A stretch of DNA of 64,000 bases from NCBI GenBank assembly GCA_963708295.1, contig CAVPSJ010000004.1:960001-1024000 (forward strand), written 5' to 3'. Positions 1-10,403 of the stretch are shown piece after piece (within the stretch, counting starts at the first letter, position 1; every line of letters starts with the position of its first letter). The notes under the pieces are model-generated. The model had not been told where the DNA came from, did no database searches, and saw only the letters and a list, made by a program, of their open reading frames with translations. Position numbers and translations under genes: made by a program. The stretch comes from an uncultured delta proteobacterium (GTDB taxonomy: Bacteria; Desulfobacterota; BSN033; UBA1163).

Positions 1-360
1 CCTGAAGAGAAGTCTGTGGGGCGCCTCAAGCTCGATCTTTTCATTCTTCAACAGGGAGCGGAAGAGGAGGATTTCGAGCGCCAGTCGCTTCACCACACCT
101 CCTGTCGTGAAAGGACTGTTGATGTTATCCGGTTTTATCCAGGAAAGGGATTTTTGCTGTCCCGAGACCGTCGGGATATGGAACGGAACCGGAGCGCTTG
201 CCCATTTCAACACCCGGTAGATAAAACCGATGATGAAGAGAAGAACGGCGGCATAAGGGATGAAGATGGTAAACAGAGCGTACAGGCTCATCCCGCCTGC
301 GCCGACGATGACGAAAAGGAGAAGCACAAGAATCCCGAAGATCGAGTACCAAAGACCCAT
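1..360 (-). CDS. dsrM: DsrM membrane cytochrome b subunit, 5' part (runs off window; apparent frameshift near 90)
   Basis: Manual translation from ATG 360: MGLWYSIFG...YRVLKWASAPVPFHIPTVSGQQKSLSWIK...GGVV, then after a 1-nt shift KRLALEILFFRSLLKN; DsrM signature; follows dsrT. Not in the ORF track. Confidence 0.85.
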   Translation of the reverse strand, partial: MGLWYSIFGILVLLLFVIVGAGGMSLYALFTIFIPYAAVLLFIIGFIYRVLKWASAPVPFHIPTVSGQQKSLSWIKPDNINSPFTTGGVVKRLALEILLFRSLLKNEKIELEAPHRLLFR

Positions 361-380
361 ATTTTTCTCGAAGTGTCTAA

Positions 381-468
381 ATCCCCATCCCCCTCCTAAC
401 CTCCCCCTTGAAGGGAGAGGAACACATTGATTTCCCTCCCTTCAGGGGGAGGGAAGGGTGGGGGTGGA
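381..468. repeat. C-rich/G-rich palindromic intergenic repeat (family A)
   Basis: CCTCCCCCTTGAAGGGAGAGG-type hairpins; related copies near 5855, 20468, 30858, 33720, 46150, 52753. Confidence 0.65.
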
Positions 469-521
469 GTTAATCAGATGTCTATTCAATTATGGACCGA
501 CTGATAATTAACTCATTTTAG

Positions 522-1028
522 TCACTTTTTGGTCATTCTTTCCATCATCCGAAGCGCCATTTCCTTCTCGGCTTTAGCCTGGTTGACCCGAATCTCGCAG
601 ATCTTCTCCCGGCAATTCATATAAGCATCGAAAGCCTGAAGAGCCAATGCATCGATTCTCGACTGAAAGGCTCGCCATGCCTCGATATTCTGTTCTCTGC
701 AAATCTCACTCTTGAGCGTTTCCTCAATCGCCTTCTTCAGTTGGAAAATAAATCCCACCGCCTTCGAGGGAGAAAAATCCTGAACCGATCGGATTTTTAA
801 AATTGCATCCAAAGAGGGCTGACACTGTCCATTTTGAACCCCTTCGCAGAGCTGTTTAAAAAGAGTATCTATCTCGCGAGAAAAGGTGGCGCCCACCGGG
901 TTCTTAAACTGATTCTGCTCTTTTCTCATCAGGGTGACGGTATCGGCCGGATAGGTTTCCAGGATGAGATCGAGCCATCTCTTGAGAATGGTGGTTTTAT
1001 TCTGTAATAGAAGGTTTTCAAGCACCAT
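522..1028 (-). CDS. dsrT: DsrT (RsbRD N-terminal domain protein)
   Basis: ILKRWLDLILETYP...QFKNPVG...KIRSVQDFSPSKAVGFIF...AFDAYMNCREKI; directly upstream of dsrM. Confidence 0.9.
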   Translation of the reverse strand: MVLENLLLQNKTTILKRWLDLILETYPADTVTLMRKEQNQFKNPVGATFSREIDTLFKQLCEGVQNGQCQPSLDAILKIRSVQDFSPSKAVGFIFQLKKAIEETLKSEICREQNIEAWRAFQSRIDALALQAFDAYMNCREKICEIRVNQAKAEKEMALRMMERMTKK

Positions 1029-1108
1029 AGAATCTAAAGATTGACGACCTCAACCCGCCCCCTCGGAACTGAGCAGTAGGACTTTTCCGGTTGGCGGCTT
1101 CATGCCTC

Positions 1109-2737
1109 TCATTGCTCCCATTCGATAAATGGCTTCGGGAGGTCGGTCATTGCGTTGACAATGAGTTCCACGAGGCCACCGTAGCGGATCCCGTATTTTT
1201 CCTGAAGACCATACGTATTAATAAGATCTCTCATTTGTCCTTTACAGTTTGAACAAGGGGCACAGACGTATTTTTCTATTTGAGGCCCTTTAACATTCTC
1301 AAAGACCTCCAGTATCTGCTTCAGTTTCATCCTCCCGGAGATATGGATCCTCCAATCTGGAAAATTCCGCCCCCCCATGACCGCAAACCCGCTCCCGCCA
1401 CCGCAGCAATAATTCTCCACGCCGTGAGGTTCCATTTCCATGAATTGCGGGCAGATCTTGCGAAGTATCCGACGCTGCGGCTCGACGATTCCCATCAGTC
1501 TCACCACGTTGCAAGGGTCGTGTAGCGTCACAGGGAAATTGTTCCGATTGGGATCGAGGCCGATTTTCCCGCTCAGAACCAGATTCTCCAGAAGAGGGAA
1601 AGCACTTTCTCTCGGTATATTCAGATCCCCGGTAAGCACCCGGTCTGCGATGACAATGAATGCCTTATGGGCGTGTCCGCATTCTCCAACGTTAATCTTC
1701 TTCACCTGAAGTTCTTTGGCTACCTGGGCATGCTTCACTGCGACCCTTGCCATCTGAACGTCATCGTACCAAACACCATAATTGACGGCATCGTACCCGC
1801 CCAATTCACTCGAAAGGGTCCAATTGATGTTTGCAGCGTCGAAAAGGATGGCGAATGCCTCAATATTCTCCGGCCAGGAGATAAATTCTCCCGCATTGTG
1901 AAGGAGGAGAACATCAGCCCCTTTCTTGTCAAGGGGAATCTTGATCTCTTTGCCTGTTTTCTCCTTGATCTCTTCCTCTATGAAGTTTAAGAGATCTTTG
2001 AGGGCCGGCGGTGTAATCCCTGTCGTGGATCCAACTTTCAATTGTTGAACGGTCCCGAGCTCATGGATCTCGCGCGGGGCAATCCCCATTTCTTGACTGA
2101 AGAGTTTCCTGATTTCTCTGCTGATCAAAGCATTGTCAACGCCGATAGGACAAACCTGCGCACATCTCCGGCAGAGGGTGCACCGATAAGCTAATTCGGC
2201 AAGTCTTGCGATGACAGTAAAATTGAGTTCCATGTCGCTTCGCGTCAACTTTGCAACCAGTGCCCCTTGTTTTTTAATGTATTTGTTTATAATCCTCCTC
2301 AACAGTTCTGGCCGGAAGGTGGGCCGATAAATCTCCTTTTTCCCACTGGCAACGTAGACCGGACAGGAATCACTGCAAAGTTGGCACTTGACACAATATT
2401 CAAGAGAGTGGACAAGAGGTTGGAGGAAAGTCCAATTGTTTTCTTTGGAAAACAGTTTTCTGAGGCCGTTCAGGAATTTCCTGACAAGCTCCTCTTCTTC
2501 CTGTTTGTTCTTAGGGCGAGGCAATCCGATGGCGACAAAGCCGTCGAGGGAACCTTCATACTGCTGTTTTTGTTCCTCTGTCAATCTTTTGAGGGAGGGC
2601 TCCTGAATCGAGTTATCAGAAATGTTTGGAAGAGGCATCAGATCCGTGCTTTTGATCTCGACCAAGGGGTCATCCGCACGGTTGATGTCTTCTATCTTCT
2701 CACATATACTCATTTGCTCACCTGTTTTTTTCTCCAA
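1109..2737 (-). CDS. dsrK: DsrK-like Fe-S/CCG-domain heterodisulfide-reductase subunit (DsrK2-type)
   Basis: CVKCQLCSDSCP, CTLCRRCAQVCP, VGECGH, HDPCN, CCGGGSG, CAPCSNCK; paired with a NarI-like gene next to dsrC. Confidence 0.85.
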   Translation of the reverse strand: MEKKTGEQMSICEKIEDINRADDPLVEIKSTDLMPLPNISDNSIQEPSLKRLTEEQKQQYEGSLDGFVAIGLPRPKNKQEEEELVRKFLNGLRKLFSKENNWTFLQPLVHSLEYCVKCQLCSDSCPVYVASGKKEIYRPTFRPELLRRIINKYIKKQGALVAKLTRSDMELNFTVIARLAELAYRCTLCRRCAQVCPIGVDNALISREIRKLFSQEMGIAPREIHELGTVQQLKVGSTTGITPPALKDLLNFIEEEIKEKTGKEIKIPLDKKGADVLLLHNAGEFISWPENIEAFAILFDAANINWTLSSELGGYDAVNYGVWYDDVQMARVAVKHAQVAKELQVKKINVGECGHAHKAFIVIADRVLTGDLNIPRESAFPLLENLVLSGKIGLDPNRNNFPVTLHDPCNVVRLMGIVEPQRRILRKICPQFMEMEPHGVENYCCGGGSGFAVMGGRNFPDWRIHISGRMKLKQILEVFENVKGPQIEKYVCAPCSNCKGQMRDLINTYGLQEKYGIRYGGLVELIVNAMTDLPKPFIEWEQ

Positions 2738-3644
2738 CGATCGCTTCTGATGCGATTTCTTTCCAGGTTAGGTCGGGCTTAATATGCGGACCCTCCCAGC
2801 CTACTTTCAGGCGAACCATCTCTTCAACTTCCTTCTCCAACTCACTTCCTCTTAGGTTTGGCTTGTCATCCCACCGTATGAGTAAGAAGCCAAAAAGTCT
2901 GGTGACATAGTGCAGGGACCTGGTAAAAGGAAGATAAATGAGAAGAAAGGCAAAAAGTAAGATATGGGAAGCCGTTGCAGGCTCGACGTCGATCGGCTTG
3001 AAGGTGATCAGACCCTTCCAAAAGTTCGTGTATTCTGAAAATGCAGGATCGAGATACCACGAATACAAACCGCTCAGGAAGACGGCCAGCAAGAGGATAT
3101 AGGTGAAATAGTTCTGCGGGGTAGCGTAATTTCTCAAGTCTTTATCGGTCAATCGTTTGATCAATATGCCGATACTTCCGAAAAGGCCCGATATGAAACT
3201 TACGACCCCGGTGGCCAAGGTCAGACCGTAGATGATATTTCCAAAGATGGAGGGTGATCCATAGGCAACAGGAATTCCGAGCAGAGAAACAAGGGCTCCG
3301 AAGAAACAAAAAATGTGGAAGGTGATGATCAATATAAAGCCGATATGCCAGGGGTAAAGGAAAAGCCAGTAACTCCTGTCTCGACGAAAGTACTCCCTTA
3401 AGAGGAAATAATCGCTGAAAAGGAACCAACCACGCTGAAGCAGATGATGCCGTCGAGGTCTCGTCCACCAGTCGAGATCTTCATAGTAGGATCTTTCCTT
3501 GGAAGTTGGGTCTCCCGGGATGACAGGGTAGACCTCTGACCGCAGGTGCATTGGGAGGTGAAGGTACTTAACCAGTTTCGCGGAATACATCGCAATGATG
3601 AAGATGTATCCGAAATATGTGGCGACGGCCAATAGAAATCTCAC
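2718..3644 (-). CDS. dsrM: DsrM-like NarI-family membrane heme b subunit (DsrM2-type)
   Basis: Multiple TM helices with His in WHIG, FHIF, SHIL, YLPFTRSLHY; C-terminal GPHI...TWKE; overlaps the dsrK-like gene. Confidence 0.8.
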   Translation of the reverse strand: MRFLLAVATYFGYIFIIAMYSAKLVKYLHLPMHLRSEVYPVIPGDPTSKERSYYEDLDWWTRPRRHHLLQRGWFLFSDYFLLREYFRRDRSYWLFLYPWHIGFILIITFHIFCFFGALVSLLGIPVAYGSPSIFGNIIYGLTLATGVVSFISGLFGSIGILIKRLTDKDLRNYATPQNYFTYILLLAVFLSGLYSWYLDPAFSEYTNFWKGLITFKPIDVEPATASHILLFAFLLIYLPFTRSLHYVTRLFGFLLIRWDDKPNLRGSELEKEVEEMVRLKVGWEGPHIKPDLTWKEIASEAIVGEKNR

Positions 3645-3679
3645 TCTTGCTACCTCTCGGCGGGAGAATCAAAAACCAC

Positions 3680-3736
3680 TCTCAACAAACAGACCCGCCT
3701 TCCCAGCCCCGCTAATAAATGGGCGGGTTTGTTGAG
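3680..3736 (-). terminator. Hairpin after dsrC (putative terminator/attenuator)
   Basis: CTCAACAAAC..ACCCGCC / GGCGGGTTTGTTGAG inverted repeat between dsrC and the dsrM-like gene. Confidence 0.45.
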
Positions 3737-3755
3737 CAGTTGCAAAATATGCCTT

Positions 3756-4073
3756 TCAGACGCAACCCGTTGGTTTCGGCAACCCTGCCACCTTACAGGC
3801 GCCCTTCGCAGGACCGCCGGGGAACAGCTGGTAAATCTTCTTTAGGTCGAATCCCGTCTGTTTCACGACCATCCGGACCGGGGGAGCAATTCCAAACTTT
3901 AGATAATAGTCTCGGAGATAATGGACCAGTTTCCAGTGTTCTTCGCTCATGGGGAAAGCATTTTCGCCCTTGGCCAGGTCCTCAGCAACTCCATGACTCC
4001 ATTTCTCCGGTTCTTGAATAAACCCGTCCTCATCCACTTCAACTTCCACTCCACCCAATGCTGCCTTGGCCAT
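3756..4073 (-). CDS. dsrC: DsrC sulfur-carrier protein
   Basis: C-terminal GACKVAGLPKPTGCV with both conserved Cys. Confidence 0.97.
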   Translation of the reverse strand: MAKAALGGVEVEVDEDGFIQEPEKWSHGVAEDLAKGENAFPMSEEHWKLVHYLRDYYLKFGIAPPVRMVVKQTGFDLKKIYQLFPGGPAKGACKVAGLPKPTGCV

Positions 4074-4152
4074 GTTCTTACCTCCCGCTTAAAATAAATT
4101 GAAAAAGATGACTTCTTTAATTCTAATATCTCGAAACCTAATCCGCCATGCG

Positions 4153-5616
4153 CTAATGATAAACCTCCCCTTTCAAAGAGCTACCCCAGGGATTGGATCG
4201 CTTCTCCTTAGAAACTAAGGACACAAACCCGCTCGCCCATTCGGGCGTTCCCAGGGCATGCAAATGAATATAGGAAGCGAAAAGGTTTTTATAAACAATC
4301 CCGTCGCGTTGGTTCCGGACGCCTTGCCCTCTTTTGACCTGATAGGCAAATCGAAAATCTCCCGGACGCGAAAGGCTGGAATGGTGAAATTCATGACCGC
4401 GAAGGGTTAACCCAACCGGGAAAAATGGATTTTCATCAATGACTTCGACAACGGCGTAGCCATGCCCTTCAGGTTTCTTTGAGAGTTGAACCTCAGCGGG
4501 AATGATTCCGACCATTTCATACGATCTCCCCTGCCAGTGAATACTCCGGCAGAGATACATGAGACCTGCACACTCTGCATAGACTGGAAGACCCGCTTCA
4601 ATCTCCCGGGCGATATCCTCTCGTAACTCACGGTTTTTTTCCAAATCCTCAAGGAAGAACTCAGGAAACCCCCCTCCGAAATAAAGCCCGTCAACCTCGG
4701 GTAACCGATCCACAAAAGAATTGATGAAGATCAGTTGGGCGCCCTCTTTTCTCAGCGCCTCAAGGTTTTCCGGGTAATAGAAATTAAAGGCGCGGTCACG
4801 CATGACACCGATCCTGGCTTTGACGAGTTGGGCCTCCCTCTCTTCGTTTCTGTCATCGGATGGTCTCTCCCCGGGAGGGAGAGAGACAGACCGAGCGGGG
4901 CGAGACCCCTTGGCGATCGCCAAAATCCTCTCCAGATCGAGGTAGGGCTCAAGCTTCTTTCCGACTCGTTCGACGAGCGACATCGCTCCGTTGGATTCAA
5001 GAGAAGGAATGAGGCCCAGGTGCCTTTCAGCGATCTGAAGATCGGGGTCACGAGGGATGCTTCCGACGACAGGAATCCCGCAGTGTTGCTCGACAGCTCC
5101 TCTCAGCTTTTCCTCATGCCGGCGGCCGGAGACATAATTGAGGATCACCCCTGCGATCTTGATATCCGTCTGAAAAAGCTGATATCCCTTTACCATAGCT
5201 GCAATGCTGGTTGTCATTCTGGTCGTATTGACCACCAGAAGGATTGGCAGATTCAAGAGAAAGGCGATCTCCGCCGTCGTCCCATACGAATCCAAGCCGT
5301 CATAGAGTCCCATCGCCCCTTCGACAACTGCTAAATCCACTCCTTCGCAACTCCGGTGGAAAGATTGGAGCAATCTGTCTTCGGGTATTAAAAAGAGGTC
5401 GAGATTACGGCAGCTTCGACCCGCAGCCACGGTAAGCCAAGACGGATCGATGTAATCGGGACCTTTTTTAAAGGGCTGAATCGAAAGACCCCGTTGCCTA
5501 AGCAATTTGCACAGGCCGACCGTGACAATGGTTTTGCCCGAATGACCCTGAGGCGAGGAAATCAGTAACGAATGGAAATGACGATCATTCTGAAGAAAGC
5601 GATCACGAGAGACCAT
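4153..5616 (-). CDS. dsrN: DsrN siroheme amidase (cobyrinate a,c-diamide synthase family)
   Basis: GHSGKT, FKKGPDYIDP, ERHLGL, YAECAGLMYL, GHEFH; inside the dsr operon. Confidence 0.92.
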   Translation of the reverse strand: MVSRDRFLQNDRHFHSLLISSPQGHSGKTIVTVGLCKLLRQRGLSIQPFKKGPDYIDPSWLTVAAGRSCRNLDLFLIPEDRLLQSFHRSCEGVDLAVVEGAMGLYDGLDSYGTTAEIAFLLNLPILLVVNTTRMTTSIAAMVKGYQLFQTDIKIAGVILNYVSGRRHEEKLRGAVEQHCGIPVVGSIPRDPDLQIAERHLGLIPSLESNGAMSLVERVGKKLEPYLDLERILAIAKGSRPARSVSLPPGERPSDDRNEEREAQLVKARIGVMRDRAFNFYYPENLEALRKEGAQLIFINSFVDRLPEVDGLYFGGGFPEFFLEDLEKNRELREDIAREIEAGLPVYAECAGLMYLCRSIHWQGRSYEMVGIIPAEVQLSKKPEGHGYAVVEVIDENPFFPVGLTLRGHEFHHSSLSRPGDFRFAYQVKRGQGVRNQRDGIVYKNLFASYIHLHALGTPEWASGFVSLVSKEKRSNPWGSSLKGEVYH

Positions 5617-5622
5617 GGTCCA

Positions 5623-5826
5623 TCAGGTCTGGTGTTTCCCGGGAAGGGCGATAAAGGTGATTCCCCCAAAACTCCGATACTCAATCTTCCCTTCTTTTGC
5701 CAGATCTCCAATAGCCTTGTCCACCAGCCCTTTCTCCATCCCGATGGCCCTCGCCACTTCTTTATTTCTTGCCTGGCTCACCGTATCCAGGTATTTGAGT
5801 ATCTTCTCCCTTATCTCCTCGCTCAT
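5623..5826 (-). CDS. dsrD: DsrD-like winged-helix protein (divergent)
   Basis: 67 aa directly after dsrB; KIEYRSFGGITFIALPG resembles the DsrD LEYWSSGSTTMYGL region. Confidence 0.7.
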   Translation of the reverse strand: MSEEIREKILKYLDTVSQARNKEVARAIGMEKGLVDKAIGDLAKEGKIEYRSFGGITFIALPGKHQT

Positions 5827-5897
5827 TTACCGCCTTCCCTTCTCACCTTCTCATTCCCCCTACCCCTCGTTACGCAACGAAGGGTAGGGGAAGATTA

Positions 5898-6962
5898 TTA
5901 CCATTTGAACTGGGTGGTGGTTCTGAAGGTCTCCCGTGCATAAGTAAAATCGTCAATATGTTGCTCGGTGAAAGGAATCGCCGTTAAACGGAAGAATGTC
6001 TCCCAGCCGACCCTTTCGATCCATTCGCCCATTCTCTCATATTTCTTTGCATTGGAGGCATAGACCTTCACGACCTTTTTGATCACATCAACGACTTCGG
6101 GCCATCGAGGGGGATTATTCGGAAGATAGGGAACGATCAACCGCGAAAACATGGGGGGCTTTCTGGCGTTGGACACTTTTCCCCCGGCATAGATAGCAAT
6201 CCCATCTCCCTGGGCATCTGCCAAAGGCATGGCCGGGCAGACGGTAAAACAGTTCCCGCAATACATGCAGAGATCTTCCTTGACGATCACGGCTTTGATG
6301 TCTTTGTCGGGGTGCCGCCGGATCGCCCCTGTCGGGCAGGACGCCATGACCGTCGGAATCTCGCAGACAGCCGCTAATTTTTCATTATTCACTTTTGGGA
6401 TCTTTGTATGCACTCCGACGATCGCTAAATCGGAGCAGTGAACGGCCCCGCACATGTTGATACAGCAGGCGAGGGAAACCCTCAATTTAGCCGGGAGTTT
6501 CATGCTGGTGAAGTACTTATAAAGCTCGTCCATGAGGGCCTTCACGATGGGGGAACTGTCCGTCGCTGCACTGTGACAGTGGACCCATCCCTGGGTGTGA
6601 ACAATGTTTGAAATCGCATCTCCTGTCCCGCCCGCCGGGAGGCCGATCTTTTTGGCGGCCTTGATGATCGGTTCCACATTCGTTTTCTTCGGCGTCAAAA
6701 ATTCGACGTTGTACCGGCTTGTAAACCGCAGATGGCCGTCACAATATTGATCCGCAATATCACAGAGGTCCCGAATGAAATCGACGCTGACGAGTCTGGG
6801 GGAGCCGACCCTGACGGTATAAAGCTCATCTCCGCCTTCAGCGACATGCCGGAGAACCCCTGGCTTTAAGATCTCATGATATTTCCACCGGCCGTAATTC
6901 TTGTTGATGACCTCAGGAATCATTTCTCTAAAATTGGGGGGACCGATATCTGTCTTTGACAT
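5898..6962 (-). CDS. dsrB: Dissimilatory sulfite reductase beta subunit
   Basis: [42 protein letters not shown]-terminal TTQFKW. Confidence 0.98.
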   Translation of the reverse strand: MSKTDIGPPNFREMIPEVINKNYGRWKYHEILKPGVLRHVAEGGDELYTVRVGSPRLVSVDFIRDLCDIADQYCDGHLRFTSRYNVEFLTPKKTNVEPIIKAAKKIGLPAGGTGDAISNIVHTQGWVHCHSAATDSSPIVKALMDELYKYFTSMKLPAKLRVSLACCINMCGAVHCSDLAIVGVHTKIPKVNNEKLAAVCEIPTVMASCPTGAIRRHPDKDIKAVIVKEDLCMYCGNCFTVCPAMPLADAQGDGIAIYAGGKVSNARKPPMFSRLIVPYLPNNPPRWPEVVDVIKKVVKVYASNAKKYERMGEWIERVGWETFFRLTAIPFTEQHIDDFTYARETFRTTTQFKW

Positions 6963-7075
6963 GACTACCTCCTATATCAAATCTATGATCTAGAGGTTTC
7001 GAGGTATGAGGACCTGAAGGGTCAAGAAAACGCTTCGCTCACCCAGACCTCTTGGCTCCTTGAATCCCTCCAATT

Positions 7076-8243
7076 TCAGTCAAAAAACACGTAAGGGTTT
7101 GTCCTGGGTGCCTTGATCATCTGGGGCACGGGCTTCAGTCCCACTGCCTTTAAGAAATTTCTCATTCCCGCCTTCTCGATCAACTCTCCTACCCTCTCTC
7201 TGGGTCTTCCGTTTTCATCCCACCAGTCCCATATCTTACGAAGAAGATCTTTGATCTCCGTGTAAGGGGGTTCCACCTTCATGAAGGGGACGATGACCGA
7301 GGAGAGCATCGCACCTTTGACAATCGGCGCTTTGCTGCCGATCAGGATGGTGGCCCCTTTATCCTTTCCGGGCCGGAGGGCTTTCGGCATTTTATTGATA
7401 CAATGCATGCATCGGACGCAATCCTTGGGAATGAGTTTGAGCTTCTTCGCCTTTTCGTCCCATTCCAGAGCATTCGTCGGGCAACGACCGACAATGTCAT
7501 TCTTGATATCCATTCCCCCCTTGGCGTATTCCCGGACCCCTTTCTGATCGATTTTCAGACTGTCCTTCCAGGTCCCGATGATTGTGAAATCCGCTCTTGC
7601 GATGGCAGCGACACAGTCGTTCGGGCATCCGGAAATCTTGATCTTGAATTTGTAAGGCCAGCGGGGCCGATGGATTTCATCCTGAAATTCCATCGTCAGA
7701 TCATGAACCATATCCAGGGTATTGATGTTTGTCCATTCACATCGAGCGGGTCCCACGCAGGCGGTGGGGGTTCTCAGGGCTGATCCCGACCCTCCGAGAT
7801 CGAACCCCGCCTCTGTCAGCGCGTCAAAGCAGGGCTGGAGGTTCGCCGTGTTGGTCCCGAGGAGGATGATATCCCCTGTGGACCCATGCATATTGGTCAG
7901 ACCGCTTCCGTGTTTCTCCCAGAGATCGCAAAGCTCCCTCAGCTTCGTCGTCGTGTAAAACCAGCCGGCAGGGTGATTGACACGCATCGTATGAAACGAT
8001 TCGACATTGGGGAAAAGCTCGGGCACATCGCTGTATCGGCCGATGACGCCTCCCCCATATCCGGTGACCCCCACAATTCCTCCGTGTTTCCAGTGGGTCA
8101 CTTTGTCATTAAAAGAAAGCTCCTGAACCCCAATCAAATCCTCGGCGGCCTTACTCTTCTTTGCCGCTCTCTTTAACTCCTTGACATAGCTGGGCCACGG
8201 GACCCTTCTCCAATTCATCTACTTTTGGAGTCTTATCTGACAT
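7076..8243 (-). CDS. dsrA: Dissimilatory sulfite reductase alpha subunit (1-nt frameshift near 8200)
   Basis: True start ATG 8243 ([25 protein letters not shown]) joins WPSYVKE; [32 protein letters not shown]. Confidence 0.97.
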
Positions 8244-8375
8244 CGATTTACCTCCTCTCGGTTTTGCATTCTCTTTCCGTCGGGTATAGATAATAGATCT
8301 AAAGAAAGCTTCTACTTGTGCGAGACAGGAATACAACCATTCTTAACATCCCGTCGAATAGTGTGTCAACCTCAA

Positions 8376-8391
8376 AGCAATAACTGTGCCA
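8376..8391 (-). promoter_or_regulatory. sigma54 (-24/-12) promoter of the dsr operon
   Basis: Minus strand TGGCACAGTTATTGCT = GG-N10-GC consensus, about 130 nt upstream of dsrA. Confidence 0.8.
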
Positions 8392-8469
8392 CGCGAAGAT
8401 AATCTAACAATAGTCGTTGAAAAATATGATAAATTTGATGTAACGTATGGAGGACCGTCTAATTTTAGA

Positions 8470-8506
8470 TGCAAAAATTATCTGGCAGTGCTATATTTTG
8501 TTTGCA
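8470..8506. promoter_or_regulatory. Putative tandem enhancer sites (TGC-N12-GCA x2)
   Basis: TGCAAAAATTATCTGGCA (8470-8487) and TGCTATATTTTGTTTGCA (8489-8506), 80-115 nt upstream of the sigma54 site. Confidence 0.45.
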
Positions 8507-8566
8507 CCGTCCACAAAAGATCTGTCTCCAAGCACTGCTACAGGCAGATCAAGGTCTCTCCTCCCT

Positions 8567-9012
8567 TCAACATGCGATGATCTTACTCGTTGTCTTGTTC
8601 TGAAGATGCTGAGCAAGAGTCTTTTTCGAATAACGGAAAAAGAGAGCGTTTCTTCTCGGAGACGAATATGGCCTCGTAGCCCTTTCTTGCCTCATTCACA
8701 GCAGCAGAAGAGGCGTCTTCGGATTCTACGGAAAGGATCTCCAGGCCGATTCCTTGCTGCCGGGCTCTGTCCATCAACATCGTTGCTTTCACCTGCGCGC
8801 GCTCTAAGACTTCATCCCGGATATGGAGCAGAAATTGCCGCTTCGAAGGCCGCGTTGCGATAACATCGTGATGACCGTAATGATACAGATTGGAAGTCAG
8901 GATCTGCAGGACAGTCAATGCTCTTCGATGTTGATTTGGCGTAGCTGAATGCAGACTCTTCTGCCCTGCCGTTGTCGTCACCCGTTAAAATGAGGAGGAC
9001 TTTGTTTTCCAT
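8567..9012 (-). CDS. Universal-stress-protein-like protein (two apparent frameshifts)
   Basis: Joined frames: MENKVLLILTG..AEESAFSYAK..ALTVLQIL..ARQQGIGLEILSVESED..GYEAIFVS..KTLAQHLQNKTTSKIIAC; USP-like fold pattern, next to YeiH. Confidence 0.6.
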
Positions 9013-9026
9013 CTGAACCCATGATC

Positions 9027-9197
9027 TTAATACAGGCCCATGGCCTGCAGAAACCAGAGAAATAAGACAGACCCTACGCCCAGGATAATGGCAATGTACT
9101 CGTCAAGCCGATGGCGCAACTGCTTTGCCGCTGATTCTCTTTCCACTTTCTGGAGATCGGCATCCACCGTCTTTTCCTGACTCAATATTTCCGCCAT
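9027..9197 (-). CDS. Small single-TM membrane protein (56 aa)
   Basis: RBS AAGGAG; MAEILSQEKTVDADLQKVERESAAKQLRHRLDEYIAIILGVGSVLFLWFLQAMGLY; below the ORF-track cutoff. Confidence 0.7.
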   Translation of the reverse strand: MAEILSQEKTVDADLQKVERESAAKQLRHRLDEYIAIILGVGSVLFLWFLQAMGLY

Positions 9198-9215
9198 AAA
9201 GATTCTCCTTCCCGC

Positions 9216-10376
9216 CTACTTAAAGATTCCCATCTTTGTCAGGATCAGGATGAACGCCAGACAGACGCCCACCCTCATGACACCCGGCAACGTATCCAAT
9301 CAGGATGCCCTTTGCCCCTGCCTTCTTCATATCCCCCAACCTCGTCTGCAGTCCGAGGCCGACAAAGCAGAGGGTGAAAAACCAGTTCATCACCTTCTCC
9401 ATGGCCTCACTGGCGGGCACCGGCCACAGGTGAAGGCAGTTGCCGATCCAGACGATCATGAAACCGAAGACAAAGATGGGAAACTTGTCTTTGAGAACCT
9501 GCCACACGTTGATCTTCGGTTGAGCGAAATTCCTGGGTCAGCGTCATGAAATAGACAAAGAGGACCCCGGCGGGAATCAATACCACCCTCCCGATATTCG
9601 CAAAGCCGGCCACCTTCCCCGCTGCAAAACTGAAGTTAAACCCGGTTGCAATCACCTGATTGGAATTCGGAACGCCCGCAGCGCACAGAATACCGAAGGC
9701 GTAATTCGAAAGGTCAAGAAGTCGTCGCAAAAAAAGGGAGCCCGAAGAGACAGAGAAAACCAAAGGTGACCGACACGGCGATGGCATAGGCCACCTCTTC
9801 GCTCTTGGCTCTCACCATCGGGGCGATGGCGACACAGGCTGACACGCCGCACATGGAAAAGGCGGCCGACAGGAGGGCGGTCAAGCTGGTCCCCAGCTTG
9901 AAGTAGCGGCCCAGGAAGATGAAGATGAGCGCTCCCCCGAAGACCATCACCACCATGAGCAGGATACTGACGAGCCCCAGCTTCACCAGATCACTCAGCA
10001 TGTACTGAGATCCCAGCATGATGATTCCGACATTCATGAAGACGCCCGTGTAGCTCAAACCGGGCTCCCAGCTCCTGGGAACCCCGAACACGTTCCGGAT
10101 CAAGATCCCAACGGTTAATCCGATAACCACATAGTTGAAATGAAGAAGATCGACAAAGAGACCCTTTGTGTAGATGGGCGGCAGAACGGCGTCGATGTAT
10201 TTCAAGAGGGCCTCGACGGTAAAGGGCCATGGAATTCCCGGAACGCCGCAGAAGATAGCTATGACAATAAGGGCAATCAACCCGGGCAGACTCTGCCGGA
10301 AAGTCGGCAAGGCGCTCCACATACTGATCTTGCGCGTAAGCGCTGAATCACTGGTTGTCACCGTTCCGTTCGTCAT
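9216..10376 (-). CDS. YeiH/putative sulfate exporter family transporter (frameshifts near 9730, 9525, 9285)
   Basis: GIIMLG, FSMCGVSACVAIAP, QVIATG, KFPIFVFGF, FTLCFVGLGLQT motifs distributed over successive frames. Confidence 0.85.
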
Positions 10377-10403
10377 GGATGAATTCTCCTCTTAAAGGCA
10401 TTC

